From Octopus vulgaris (Eukaryota), in assembly GCA_951406725.2 (NCBI GenBank), contig OX597817.1:136400001-136464000 (forward strand): DNA of 64,000 nt, read 5' to 3'. This document shows positions 1 through 11,364 of this stretch, one piece after another. The number at the start of each line of letters is the position of its first letter. Position 1 is the first letter of the stretch. Both the position numbers and the translations under genes were made by a program. The notes under the pieces were generated by a model that saw only the letters and a program-made list of their open reading frames with translations, made no database searches and was not told the origin of the DNA.

Positions 1-149
1 CACATGAACCAAAAAAACAAACAAATACTAATAACTAGACATCACAAACAAAAGAAAGAAAACTGTGTTCTGTTTTGAAAGAAACGAAGAAATAATAGAA
101 ACCAGAGACTTTGAAGTGACTGACAGTATGAAGCAGAATGATAAATCTC

Positions 150-1200
150 ATGGAAAAGTTTGAAAGCTAAAATTAGAGTACCATGCTAAAATGATGGTGA
201 GAAAAATCCCAAGTTTTTAATTAAAAAAGACTTGAATGGGGTTGATACAGACAAAGACAGTTTGCAATTCTCGGTTGTGGAATGCATGGCTAAAAACAAG
301 GATTCTTGCTTGTAAGACAGAATAAAAACATTTGCACAGAAACCACCAAAATCCTGTAATGCAGCAGAATACAGTGAGAATGTGAAGAATATGGAGATTT
401 ACAGAAGAAACGACGACATGCATAGTTTCTCACTCTTATCCAAGAATAGGTAGAAATTGCAGGTACGACAGGGTTGGGATTTATAGTCCCAGGCTGGTTT
501 TAACATACACCAGGAAAAGTAAAATTCTGAGAGGCTGACAAAGCTACCATATCCTGGAGTATGTCAATAGACCTGTTACTTGTGGCAATGGAAAGCAGGA
601 AAAGACATGCTTATTCACCAAAGTATCAATTCCAACAGATCATCATCATCATCGTTTAATGTCAGCTTTCCATGTTAGCATGGGTTGGACGATTTGACTG
701 AGGTCTGGCGAACCAGATGGCTGCACCAGACTCCAATCTGATCTGGCAGAGTTTCTACAGCTGGATGCTCTTCCTAACGCCAACCACTTCGAGAGTGTAG
801 TGGATGCTTTTATGTGCCACCAGCATGAGGGCCAGTCAGGCGGTACTGGCAATGGCCACGCTCAAGTGCTGCTTTTTATGTGCCACCTGCACAGGAGCCA
901 GTCCAGTAGCACTGGCAACGACCTAAATGAGAATTTATTTGGAATGAGACCTAACCAAAATGTGTGAGCTGAAAAGAGAAACAATCCCAATTAAAAAACA
1001 TTCAGGAATGATAAAAAGCATTTTCATTACCTTAATAACAACAACAATAACATTTATCAAGTGGTAAAGATCTGAAATTAGAGATAACCTGAATATAGAG
1101 GTTAAAACTCTCCCGATAACAAAAGGTACTCTGAGAATAATGCGCACATACACACAAAAAAAGACAAATACACAACCTAAGGTCTATGACTCACAAATAT
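150..1200 (+). mobile_element. Degenerate R4/Dong-like non-LTR retrotransposon 3' end (zinc knuckle and restriction-like endonuclease region), split by a SINE at 641-925
   Basis: Frameshifted plus-strand pieces EETTTCIVS..YDRVGIY, KATISWSMSI, QEKTCLFTKVSIPTD, LTKMCELKRETIPI and LSSGKDLKLEIT..TLPITKGTL resemble the C-terminal motifs of R4/Dong-type proteins as I recall them (ILWD, IDVSIP, KYKDLEIE, TIPIIVGALG). Boundaries are approximate. Confidence 0.65.
641..925 (-). mobile_element. SINE-like element with RTE-type 3' tail (family A), 5'-truncated
   Basis: Minus strand carries the GGTTGGCGTTAGGAAG(A/G)GCATCCAGCTGTAG block, a CATGCTAACATGG stem-loop and a (GAT)n tail. More than 20 related copies occur in the window. 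Confidence 0.9.
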
Positions 1201-1208
1201 ACACAACT

Positions 1209-1572
1209 AGGTGCAGGTGTGACTGTGTGGCAAAAAGACTGCTTCCCAACCACATGGTTCTGTGTTCAGCCCCACTGCGTGGCACCTTGGACAAGTGTCT
1301 TCTACAACAGCTTTGGGCCAACTAAAACATTGTGAGTAGATTTGGTAGATAGAAACTGAAAGAAGCCTGTACACATGCACACACACACACGTTTGTGTTT
1401 ATCCCCCACCACAGTTTGACAACTGTTGTCAAACTGTGTTTACGTCCCAGTAACTTAGTAGTTTGGTTTAAAAAGAAAACAATAAGTCCTGAGGTCAATT
1501 CATTCAGCTAAAAATTCTTCAAGGCAGTGCCCCAGCATGGCCAAAGTCTAATGACTGAAACAAGTAAAAGAT
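1209..1572 (+). mobile_element. tRNA-derived CORE-like SINE (family B) with CR1-type tail
   Basis: A-box-like TGACTGTGTGG and B-box-like GTTCAGCCC, CORE-like GGCACCTTGGACAAGTGTCTT, and tail GGCAGTGCCCCAGCATGGCC..TGACTGAAACAAGTAAAAGA. Confidence 0.88.
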
Positions 1573-1789
1573 ACTATTTCATTGCATTCAGATCAGTTGT
1601 GAAACCAAATAATCTAAATCGAAAGTCAAATAAATGAGAATGAACAAAAGCTTTATTGTAATACATTGATTTCAAATTTTGGCACAAGGCCAGCAATTTG
1701 GGGGAAGGAATTTGATTACATTGACTCCAGTGTTTAACTGGTACTTATTTTATCAACCCTGAAAGGGATGAAAGATAAAGTCAACTTTT

Positions 1790-2240
1790 ATAGTAATGGC
1801 ATGTATAAAGCACCATATGAATGTGGTTGATGCTAGGTCTGACTGACTGGCTCCTGTGCCGATGGCATGTATAAAGCATCATCTGTGGTCAATGCCAAGT
1901 CCACCTGACTGTCTTCATGCCGGTGGCACGTATAAAGCACCATCCAAACGTGGTTAATGCCAGATCTACCTAACATGTTCCTGTGCCAGTGGCACATAAA
2001 AAGCACCATCTGAACGTGGTCGATGCCAGTACCCCTAGACTGGCACCCATGCTAGTAGCATGCAAAAAGTACCCACTATACTCTCAGAGTGGTTGGCGTT
2101 AGGAAGGGTATCTAGCTGTAGAAAGATTGCCAGATCAGATTGGAGCCTGGTGCAGCCGCCGACTCTCCAGGCCTTAGTCAAACCGTCCAACCCATGCCAG
2201 CATGGAAAATGGACGTTCAACGATGATGATGATGATGATA
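1790..2240 (+). mobile_element. Family A element with an internal ~55-65 bp tandem array
   Basis: About five GTGCC(G/A)GTGGCA..AAAGCACC units at ~1795-2080, then the AGGAAGGG block, CCATGCCAGCATGG and (GAT)n. Confidence 0.9.
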
Positions 2241-2579
2241 TTGAGCACGCATAAATATAAAGACTACTCCATCTGAAATAGTTCACTTGCAGAAGCCATT
2301 ATTTGGATCAATGCAACGAAAATCAATATATTTTACAGTGATCATAGCATTGATCGTGTACTATACTGTCATCTGTAAAAAAAAAATGCCTTACTGGTAG
2401 AGTTAACCTCCTTCAGCATCCCTTCTACTTTTCTCCAATTCCAAGACAATTTCTATTTCTTATTGTAAAATGATAATGTTACTGACAAATACCATTAACT
2501 CCTGTCACTTTTTCAAGTTGAGTGTATGAATCTTCTCCAGAACATAACCAAACAAACACAACAATATCGCATGTTTATC

Positions 2580-2711
2580 GACCATTCAGTTGATTAGTCC
2601 ACCTTCGTCCAGCCTCCCACAGAGATCAACTGAATCCATGCACCTTTGTTGTACATCTTTTGCTCCATCTGGCCATGCCTTACAGCTATGCAGTGTCATA
2701 CCTTTACTGTT
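2580..2711 (-). mobile_element. Decayed RTE LINE C-terminal fragment
   Basis: MTLHSCKAWPDGAKDVQQ resembles AMLHDSKTWALNTNDIR in the RTE copy at 46.9 kb. Confidence 0.45.
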
Positions 2712-2915
2712 ACCCCCTGACTGGCTTCTGTGCTGGTGGCCCGTGAAAAGCACCCAATACACCCTTGGAGTGGTTGGCGTTAGGAAGGCCATCCAGCTGT
2801 AGAAATGTTACCAGATGAGATTGGAGCCTGGTACAGTCGCTAGCTCTCCAGGCCTAAGTTAAACAGTCCAATCCATGCCAGCATGGAAAAAACGGATGCT
2901 AAACAATGATGATGT
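2712..2915 (+). mobile_element. Family A 3' part
   Basis: GGTTGGCGTTAGGAAGGCCATCCAGCTGTAG, CCATGCCAGCATGG and GATGATG tail. Confidence 0.88.
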
Positions 2916-3329
2916 AATGCTTGAGCCAGGCTTATTTCTAACTAGACAGGTCTTTGGTTAAAGGCATTCCAGCCATGATCATCCTGTATTTTGTTCAGAT
3001 ATAGTATACTGAGGACTAATAATCTCATGACACCTTTCTAGTTGTAAATCAAGATGAGACAGGAGAAATGATATGCCAGCTCATTGCCCTTATATAGGCT
3101 AATATATATATGAACAAAAATCTAAAACAATCTGATCGATTTTACAATCTCTTTTATGCAATTTGATCCGACAGCTTCCATGGCATAATTCTGTCAAAAG
3201 CCCTGTGAGAGAAAATCACTGTTACTCTTTGACGGTGGTGGAGGGTGATACAAACACTAGAATGCCAAATAGAATATCTTTTAATATTCAGTTACATTCT
3301 GAATCTTTCATCATTTTGAGTTCAATAAA

Positions 3330-3742
3330 TTGGAAGCTGGCAGAATCGTTAGCATGCCAGGTGAAATGCTTAGTGGTATTTCGTCTGCAGTTACGTTCTG
3401 AGTTCAAATTCAGCTGAGGTCGACTTTGCCTTTCATCATTTCAGGATCAATAAATTAAGTACCAGTTACGCACTGGGGTTGATATAATCGACTTAATCCG
3501 TTTGTCTGTCCTTGTTTGTCTCTTCTGTGTTTAGCCCCTTTTGGTTAGAAAAGAAATAGGTATTTCGTCTGCCACTCGATTCTGAGTTCAAATTCCGCCG
3601 AGGTCAATTTTGCCTTTCATCCTTTCGAGGTCGATTAAATAAGTACCAGTCACGCACTGGCGTCGATGTAATCGACTTAGTCCCTCTGTATGTCCTTGTT
3701 TGTCCCCTCTATGTTTAGCCCCTTGTGGGCAATAAAGAACTA
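3330..3742 (+). mobile_element. tRNA-derived SINE with Nin/Deu-like domain (family C), internally duplicated
   Basis: Head GCTGGCAGAATCGTTAGC, B-box GAGTTCAAATTC and GCCTTTCATCCTTTCGAGGTCGAT..AAGTACCAG. The ~180 bp body occurs twice (3376-3557 and 3559-3740). Related copies at ~1670-1790 and 63137-63355. Confidence 0.85.
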
Positions 3743-3759
3743 AATTGAACCACTAATAC

Positions 3760-3948
3760 TGTATTTATTTTGAGATGCTGTTTTTCTCAATTATTTTAAA
3801 TATAACAAAGAATTTAGTAAAATAACTTAGTTATCATTAAGCTAGTGTTAGGTACATTAAGGTATGGTGGAAGATTTAAATTCGTAACTTATGAAAACAA
3901 GACATTTGTACTATAGAACCAGACCCGGTTTGGTAACGAAAGGGTTAA
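3760..3948. mobile_element. Non-autonomous TTAA-type (piggyBac-like) DNA transposon end
   Basis: Ends in AAAGGG|TTAA; a related degenerate copy lies at ~56900-57070. Confidence 0.5.
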
Positions 3949-6481
3949 TTACTATGGTTGAGTGAAGTGACTGCACAGCATTAAACGTAAAACATCTGAA
4001 GTTTTACGATAGAAATCATTATTATTGCAGAAAAAACTTAACAAGACCCTGCCAAGTTGATGTCAATCGTAACAATCTGAATTCATTCATTTTTAAAAAA
4101 AATCTGTATTGGAATACTTCTACTCCACACACGTTAATAATACTGAAGGATCTGCTTTCTCTAAAATAAAAATTAAAAAAAAAAACTTTAGGTGTTTTTT
4201 GTAATTACTATTACCTAAAAACATGTAGTTGTAGTCGCTCAAATACATTAGTAAATTCTTGGCTCTCAAATTCAATGATCTGCTGAGAACTAGTTCACTT
4301 TAGTAGGTAATACCTGTTGGAAAGGCATGAAACGCTCCAAACTACCTCGTTCTGTCGAAGGAATTTCCCCGACAAATTTGAGTCTTTTAAGTTCATTTCG
4401 ATATTTCTTTTGTGTACATTATGTAATGCAATGCGGTCAATTTCCCTTGATTATGTTCCCTTGTCTTACAATAGAACATGGTTTCGTTTTGCAGAAACAG
4501 AAAATAGAGATACTTAAAAAAAAAAAGAAAGAGAAATCCGTTCAAAAAATATATAAAAAGAAAAACCGAAGTTGAGTGTGACGGAAGATCGGTAGTTTAG
4601 GATTTGATATTGAAAGTTTGGGATAATTTGATTTAGTTCAAAATCAGAAAGAAATTTAAATATAAGAATATTATTATTATTTCCTTTCAAGTCTTTTCGT
4701 AGCCGTAGATAAAGTAGAGTAGAAATTTTAGTTCTAATATAATGGAGAGAAGGAGAGGAGAGAGAGAGAGAGAAGGAGAGATGAAGGCAGAGAGAAGAGG
4801 GGGGAATGTGGAAGAAAAAGAGAGGGACAGTGGGGAGTGAAAAGAGGAGATAGACGAGAGAGAGAGAGAGTGTGTGTGTATAAAAGAAATATTTTCAAAC
4901 GAAGAAAACGTTTATTTAAAAAGAAATCCAAAAGCAAATATTTAATCCAGTTTCGTAAACGCAATGAAAACATTAAAACAAAAAGAAACAAAACAAAAAA
5001 AAAGCTATCAGACTTGTTGAAATAGAATAAAATTGCTGATAATTAATTATCGATTTGTTGTTATGTTTGAAAGTAAGTATTGGTTTTAATAAATCATCGA
5101 AAGACTTTCATGTTAGCGTCAACGTGACAGAACGATTTCGGTGGAAAAATGTAAACAGTTTGTCGAAGTAAAGCACGTGTTGCTCAGAGCTTGAGGAATA
5201 ACAGTCGAGGTTTGACCCCAAACTATTTTCATTCATTCACACTGTTTACGAGCTGATATTTTCAGACAACGTCGATTACTACAGCTAAACTATTACATCA
5301 AACTTGAATATAGTTATAAATTACATATATTTCTTTTGATATTTATCTTATTGAAAGATATAAACTGTCAATTAAAAAAACAACATAACATTTTTTTATT
5401 TACCAACACTGATTCATTTAATGTCAAAGTGACATTTTCTCGATCCATGTCCGCTGAGTTCATGAATTCAACGAATCGTTTAATATGAACACATCGATGA
5501 TCGCTTTTTAAATTTTTATAATTAAACACCATTCACAAGAAACACTTAGAAGACATTCGACGGAAGTACATTGAAGTTTGTAAATTTTTAATTATATTTT
5601 TTTAAATTTCAACCATTCATAACCGAAGCATGTGTCAATCCGAAAGAATGTCAGCTTTTGATGTTTCCAGTATTTATTTTTTTATCATACATGCATCCAC
5701 ATCGTTAAAAAATTAGATCATGTTTAAACTGTTAGGGTTGTTTGTTTAAATGAATAACAAACCCTTAATTATAGTTGAAGTTTGCTAAACGCAGAATGCC
5801 AGCCGACACAGCTAATATGACTGTGTTCATATATTTATTGAATGCATATCGATAATTAATCTTCGACCTACATGATAGAAAGAGAGATTGAAGTTGTCAC
5901 AATATATTTTTGATAACAATTGATTTTAGTTGTTTGTCAAGATACCTGTGTTTATGTGTGTATAGACTATACACACACAATACATACATATATATATATG
6001 TATATATAACACAGAGACAGGACTGTAGCTATCTTTTAATACAAGACATTGTAATTTACGAAGAAGCTGACAAATCTTAATCTCAATATGTTTGTACATG
6101 TAGTGATGGTAGGGCACCAACCTCAATATTAATTAATGTCACACAACTGTGTTACCTTTTTGTAGAGGAGGGCTTGAAAAAATATCGACAGGTACTCCTC
6201 AGACTGAACATATATGTGTATATATATATATATAACGGGAAGCTTTATGAAAATAAACAAAAGACGAAGGCAGGTGTATATATATATATATAATTATTTT
6301 ATGTCTCCACAGTACCTAGAGAATCGTGTTTTCAATTTTGATGCTCTGAGATATCAACAAACGTATTTGATGCTGACGGGAATATTCCCCCTTCAGCTTA
6401 ACCCTTCTGTCAGTAAGACAACAAACAAAATAAAGAAAAAGAAAGAAAAAATACTAAGGAAAACCCACAGGTAGCACTTAC

Positions 6482-6605
6482 TTTCTCTGTATTTCTTTCT
6501 GAGGTCGGCGTGGACACTTTTCACAACGCCAGCCAGTCTCAGATGTTGTTGTTTCTTGTCGTCAGTCGACATTGAGCTTTCACAACTTGGAGACGACGAC
6601 GACAT
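6482..6605 (-). CDS. SAMTOR: First coding exon of SAMTOR (BMT2/C7orf60), S-adenosylmethionine sensor upstream of mTORC1
   Basis: Encodes MSSSSPSCESSMSTDDKKQQHLRLAGVVKSVHADLRKKYRE, matching the vertebrate SAMTOR N-terminal motif LSGVVKSVHRRLRKKYRE. It ends at a GTAAGT donor (6481-6476), phase 1. An alternative in-frame ATG is at 6572. I found no downstream exon in 1-6480. Confidence 0.9.
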
Positions 6606-6699
6606 ACTCTGGCTGCTATTGTTGTTTATGTTGATGATATTATTGGTAAACAAATATCTCCACCACTGCCACCTTTATCTCCGGCTTCAATAAACATGA

Positions 6700-6810
6700 C
6701 ATGAAAGATCCAATGTTTGGTAAAATCAGCTGGGAATAGACCGGAAGTAGGTCAATGCCGACACTTCCGCTCCTCACACACCGCCCTCTGTCGGCAGCAT
6801 GGACAAGTGA
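6700..6810. promoter_or_regulatory. Putative bidirectional promoter core
   Basis: Opposed ETS/GABP-type sites CCGGAAGT (6741-6748) and CACTTCCG (6762-6769), and CTCF-like CCGCCCTCTGTCGGC (6781-6795), directly upstream of SAMTOR exon 1 in CpG-retaining DNA. Confidence 0.6.
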
Positions 6811-8149
6811 AATGTCGTCTGCTTTCTTTATTTCAGAATTTTACAATCTGAGTTGGCTACATTTTTTCACCAAAAACTAATGAAAATTATCGAAATAACA
6901 AATTTTAATCGAGTTTCTGTCATTAAGACAGTTCAACGAATTATGTACACGGAGCAATAAGTGTAAAAGTAAACAGAGAAGACAAAGGCAGGTTTCCTGT
7001 GAGAGACAAATATTTGGTTTTACAGCAACTAAAACATGTTTTTGGAAGCTATTTCGGTAAGTATTTGCTTTTTATTGAAACAAAAACATTTAAGGAATAT
7101 AAATAAATACTTCTGAATAATGCTAACTGCGAAACGGACTTGGGAGGAAAATATTTCAAGTTTAACAGGGAATATTAAAACTTTCGAATTCCAGGAAAAA
7201 AATTCGAAATAATTAAAACTTTTGTTCTGATTTATTTGACAGAAAAGTTGTCGAACTTATTACACAGAAAGTGAACTAAAAGTTCAAATATTGGAATTTT
7301 TTTCTCCAAGTCACAGATTAAGTGGAAATAATGTAAGTAAATAACAAGTTAACTTTTTAATTTGTAGCGGAATAGTTAACTACAAAATGCTGGGGAGATA
7401 TTTAAGGTTTAATTCCTCCGTTACCTTTATATTGTGGTGAATTAACTTAATATTTACTATTTAATATTTAATTGTTTCAATCTGTGTGTGTGTGTAGGGG
7501 GGGGGGGGTGTTCTCTTATCTCTATGCTTTTATTTCTTCAGCCGGCGAAGCATGAATTGTTTGCGGAAATTAGAAAACAAATTTTTGTAAACAAGTTTTG
7601 TAAAAATAATTAGACAGCAAAAATAGTAAAAATTTTATTTCAATGTGGTTTCTTTGTTTTCAATCTTTATTACCTCTGACACAAAATAGAAAGAAATATA
7701 TATGCTTACAGACATTTTATATAGGTACATAATAATAATAAGGCAAATAATTTCTTTTATTAGCCACAGGGGTATGGATGAGGGGGGTCGTCATAAGGAC
7801 AGTCAACAATTTGTGTGGGGATCCATGTAAGAGATGAGAATAATAACAATAATAATAATGATTTCATTCGCGTGTTTAACACACACACGCGAGTGCGTGC
7901 ATCATGCCAAAATAGAGCGAGAAACAGGACTAGAAAGGAAAAAAAAATCCCTCTAAACTCGCTGAGATTCGGCCAAGTGAATACAACTAAGTTGTATAGA
8001 AAATGAAATGATAGATGTATGTATATATATATATATTTGTGTGTGTGTATCTCATATGCTTTGTGTATATGTATATATACACGTGTGTATACAGATATAC
8101 ACATATGTACACACATACAACTACACGCCTGCATCATAGCGAGTGATAG

Positions 8150-8949
8150 AGAGAGAGAGGTGCGCACACACAGACACAAGAGACGGCGACAGGCTTGTGT
8201 CTGCCATTGTTTGTTATTTTCTGTTTACTCAGCAGGTGCTTGTGACGTCACGCGGGAGAGCCGTATCACTGCTTTTAATAACAATGTAGCACGGCGCCCT
8301 CAGTCAAATAGTGCCAACACTGCCGGCTTTTTTGAAAAAAAAACAATCGACTTTTTCTTTTCCCCCACAACACGGGGAAGGCAAAGTCGTTCTGATCGTA
8401 AAACACTGACAGAAAAGTTCACTTTTCTTTTCATTTCTTCGCAAAACACATCTACAGTAGTAGCAGGGAGCTTTTTTCTAAGCAAATAGCCATTTCTATA
8501 TTTCTCTTTAATTGGTTTTCTTGTCTTTATTTCTTATTTTTTTTCTCTCTGACTTTTTTTTTTTACTTAAGTGAATAATACCTTTGTGTATTTATATCTA
8601 CGTATATATTAATTTTATATTTATAGGTATGTGTGTGTGTATATATATATACATATATATATGTATATATATATTATATGTATATTATACTATGACTGCA
8701 TATGTGAGTGCGCGCATGTGTTTGTTATGGAGGTGTCTGTTTGTTTATGTGTATCACTATGTCTGCTAGTGGATGTGTTTATACAGTTGTCTGTATGTGT
8801 GGCTGTGCGTGCGTGCGTGCGACAGCGTATGGGTATATTTTTATTTACGATTGTGATGCGGTCCCTAAGTGTTGTCTTTCAAGCCTGAAAATTTTTACCG
8901 ATTTCCAGGCAGGAAAGACCGGCCAATGTACTTGGCTTCTCTTTTAGAG
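8150..8949 (+). other. Candidate promoter and first exon of an unidentified plus-strand gene
   Basis: CpG-rich non-repeat sequence, CRE palindrome TGACGTCA (8243-8250), and strong donor GAG|GTGAGT at 8949/8950 preceded by a short ORF MYLASLLE (8926-8949). Confidence 0.45.
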
Positions 8950-9223
8950 GTGAGTGACAAAATACTCCTTCATTTCGTCGCTTTTCTCCCGACCCTTATA
9001 CTTTTTTTTTTCATTTCACTTGGACACTTTGGTTTTATTTGTTGTTTTTTTTTCTTTTATTCACAAACAGAAAAAAAGCATTCAGTGTTTCAGCTATGCT
9101 TTATTTATTATTTTTTTTTATGGCTCTGTCTGCTGTTATAGAGTGAGGTAGGTTGTTTACTTGGCGAATGCTTCTAAATAATTGTGCATAGCAAATGAGG
9201 AGACAGTCTTTTTTTTTCCTCAC

Positions 9224-9265
<42 letters not shown>

Positions 9266-10238
9266 TGGCCAGCGGTGTTTATTCTCAAGTGAATTACTAC
9301 TGCTGCTGCTCTGTGTTTAGCCGAAGGACCAGTCTGTTCAAGTGGACATCAGTGGTATTTAGTGAGGGCCACTCTGTTCCGTAACAAGTACTTGATTATT
9401 ACTTTCAGTGTTTGTAATTTGCATTGTTGCACTTGGTAGCCATCATAAATTCATAAACACTACTATTTCGCGGGTTACTTTTTTTTTTCTCTTGTTTTAC
9501 CCGTAGACATGGAACTAGCCCACTGCCGTTTCAGTAGGACTGTTAGGGATAAAAGATATCAGGAACCTATCCCTATTGCCATATCTAAGGACAACTCTTG
9601 CTGCTTTATTTACATTTTGAAAAAGCTGACAGTGCGCCTTTTGCTGTCAATGCAGTGCTTGGCACGCTCGGACACACACACACACACACACACTTCATCG
9701 AGAAACATGCTTTTTAGATAAACATGTGCTTGGGATAGTGCACATCCAAACTTGTCTAATATTGTCATCTCTCCACATGTAATGTCCACTGTTGAATGAA
9801 ATTGCAAGCGTAACTTGACAAACTTATTGACACCAAGAAATATTTCAACTTATTTTTTCTTTTACTATTTTCTTTTAGTTATGTTCAAAATTGTTCTTGT
9901 TGAGTGAATAGACTTAAGAACACTTTTAAACTTAAGTGTGTACTAGAACCTCTTTTCAAAATAACTTAAGTAATTCCCCCCACCCGCCAGCCCGATGCTG
10001 AATTCTTTCATTCATAAAAATATCTGTGAATAGCTCGCTCTCACAAAATATACGATTTTCTCACCAATCTAATGAACTGAGAAAATGTGTGACTACTTGC
10101 ATTCGATATTTAGAAACTTTACGCAGTTATCTTTCTATTACTAATTTGTTTTTATATTAAAATAATCAAGAATTACTTTCAAATGCCATAGCCTGAACTG
10201 TTAAAATATTGTCTTATTAAGCTATTTCTATATTTTAG

Positions 10239-10273
<35 letters not shown>

Positions 10274-11321
10274 TGAATGAATGACGCAGTTTTAATCCCC
10301 GGCTAGAGACGGATATATTTCATATGCATTTTCAATTCAGTTGAGAATGGCACCGAATATCACAACTTTTAATCTTCCTTCTTTTATATAGGGGTAGGGG
10401 TTTCTGCGGCTAAACGGAATCACTATTACAATCGTATATTTGTCGTTCTTACAGCTAATAATTACTTCTAGTAATTAGCCAATTATCAAAAAAGCTATTT
10501 TCGCAACATTTGCTGAAGTTTCAATAATTTCAAATTTGAAATATTTTAATTTTCAAACAAGTGTGCGTGTATAATTGTATGTCTACCGTACACACACTCT
10601 CACACACACACACACAGAGCTAAATGTGTGTGTTTGTGTGCAGTTTATTTTCTTTCTTTATGAAAGTGATAAAAGAATGTAATGATGAACGACATTTCAT
10701 CTTCTCCAGATATACTTTGATATTTCAAGTCGGGCAGGCCATTTGCCTTCCTAAGAAGTTTGTTTGACTTGTCATCTGTTGGTGAAGTCGACAGTGACAG
10801 CTTTACTTCAGACGCCTACACTTACGCATGCACACACGCACGCGTGCACATAGACACACACACATTATGAGGCGATCCATTCTCTGAATTATGTTGCGCA
10901 TTTTCAATTACTACGGATAGCATCACACACGCACCGATCGACATTCTCAGGTACACATACACATCAAAATGCACAGCTACAAATTCAAGCACACTGATCG
11001 ACATACCAATATACACACATACCAATATACACAGGAACTTGCGCACACACATAGAAACACACTGACCGACATACACAACTACACTTACATAAATATACTG
11101 ACCGATATACACAGGTACACAGAGACGTGTTATGGACATCGGAAATGAACCGATTCATTATTCAACAGTCGTCGTGGATTACACGCACACACGCTCGCGC
11201 GCGCGCATACTGGCATCTATGTGGTGGATCGACTTGCTAGACATAGCAGCGAAATCTACCTCGTATAACTCTTCCGTCTTCCAAGAAACGCGTAGCGTTG
11301 TCCAAAGTGTACTATTGCAGT

Positions 11322-11364
11322 ATGATCGTGGTCGGAATACCTTTGGTGATAGATCTTCTGTCAG
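11322..11364 (+). CDS. Candidate alternative first coding exon (MIVVGIPLVIDLLS-G, phase 1)
   Basis: First ATG after an in-frame TAG, hydrophobic 14-mer, donor CAG|GTTCGT, CpG-rich non-repeat context. Confidence 0.4.

Noticed and set aside
1795-2080. CRISPR-like repeat spacing
   Set aside because: Eukaryotic DNA; the spacers are homologous to each other and lie inside a retroposon.
2250-2800. Possible SAMTOR exon 2
   Set aside because: No GDFDKIW/ADNHW-like peptide found; the sequence is RTE- and SINE-derived.
6393-6481. ORF-track extension of SAMTOR (SKCYLWVF...) and its TTG start at 6653
   Set aside because: Reads through the GTAAGT donor into the intron; ATG at 6605 is the more plausible start.
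9509-9721. 70 aa ORF MELAHCRF...
   Set aside because: No recognisable homology and it runs into (CA)n; retained only as a structure candidate.
10768-10800. Hairpin as a pre-miRNA
   Set aside because: The stem of about 13 bp is too short.
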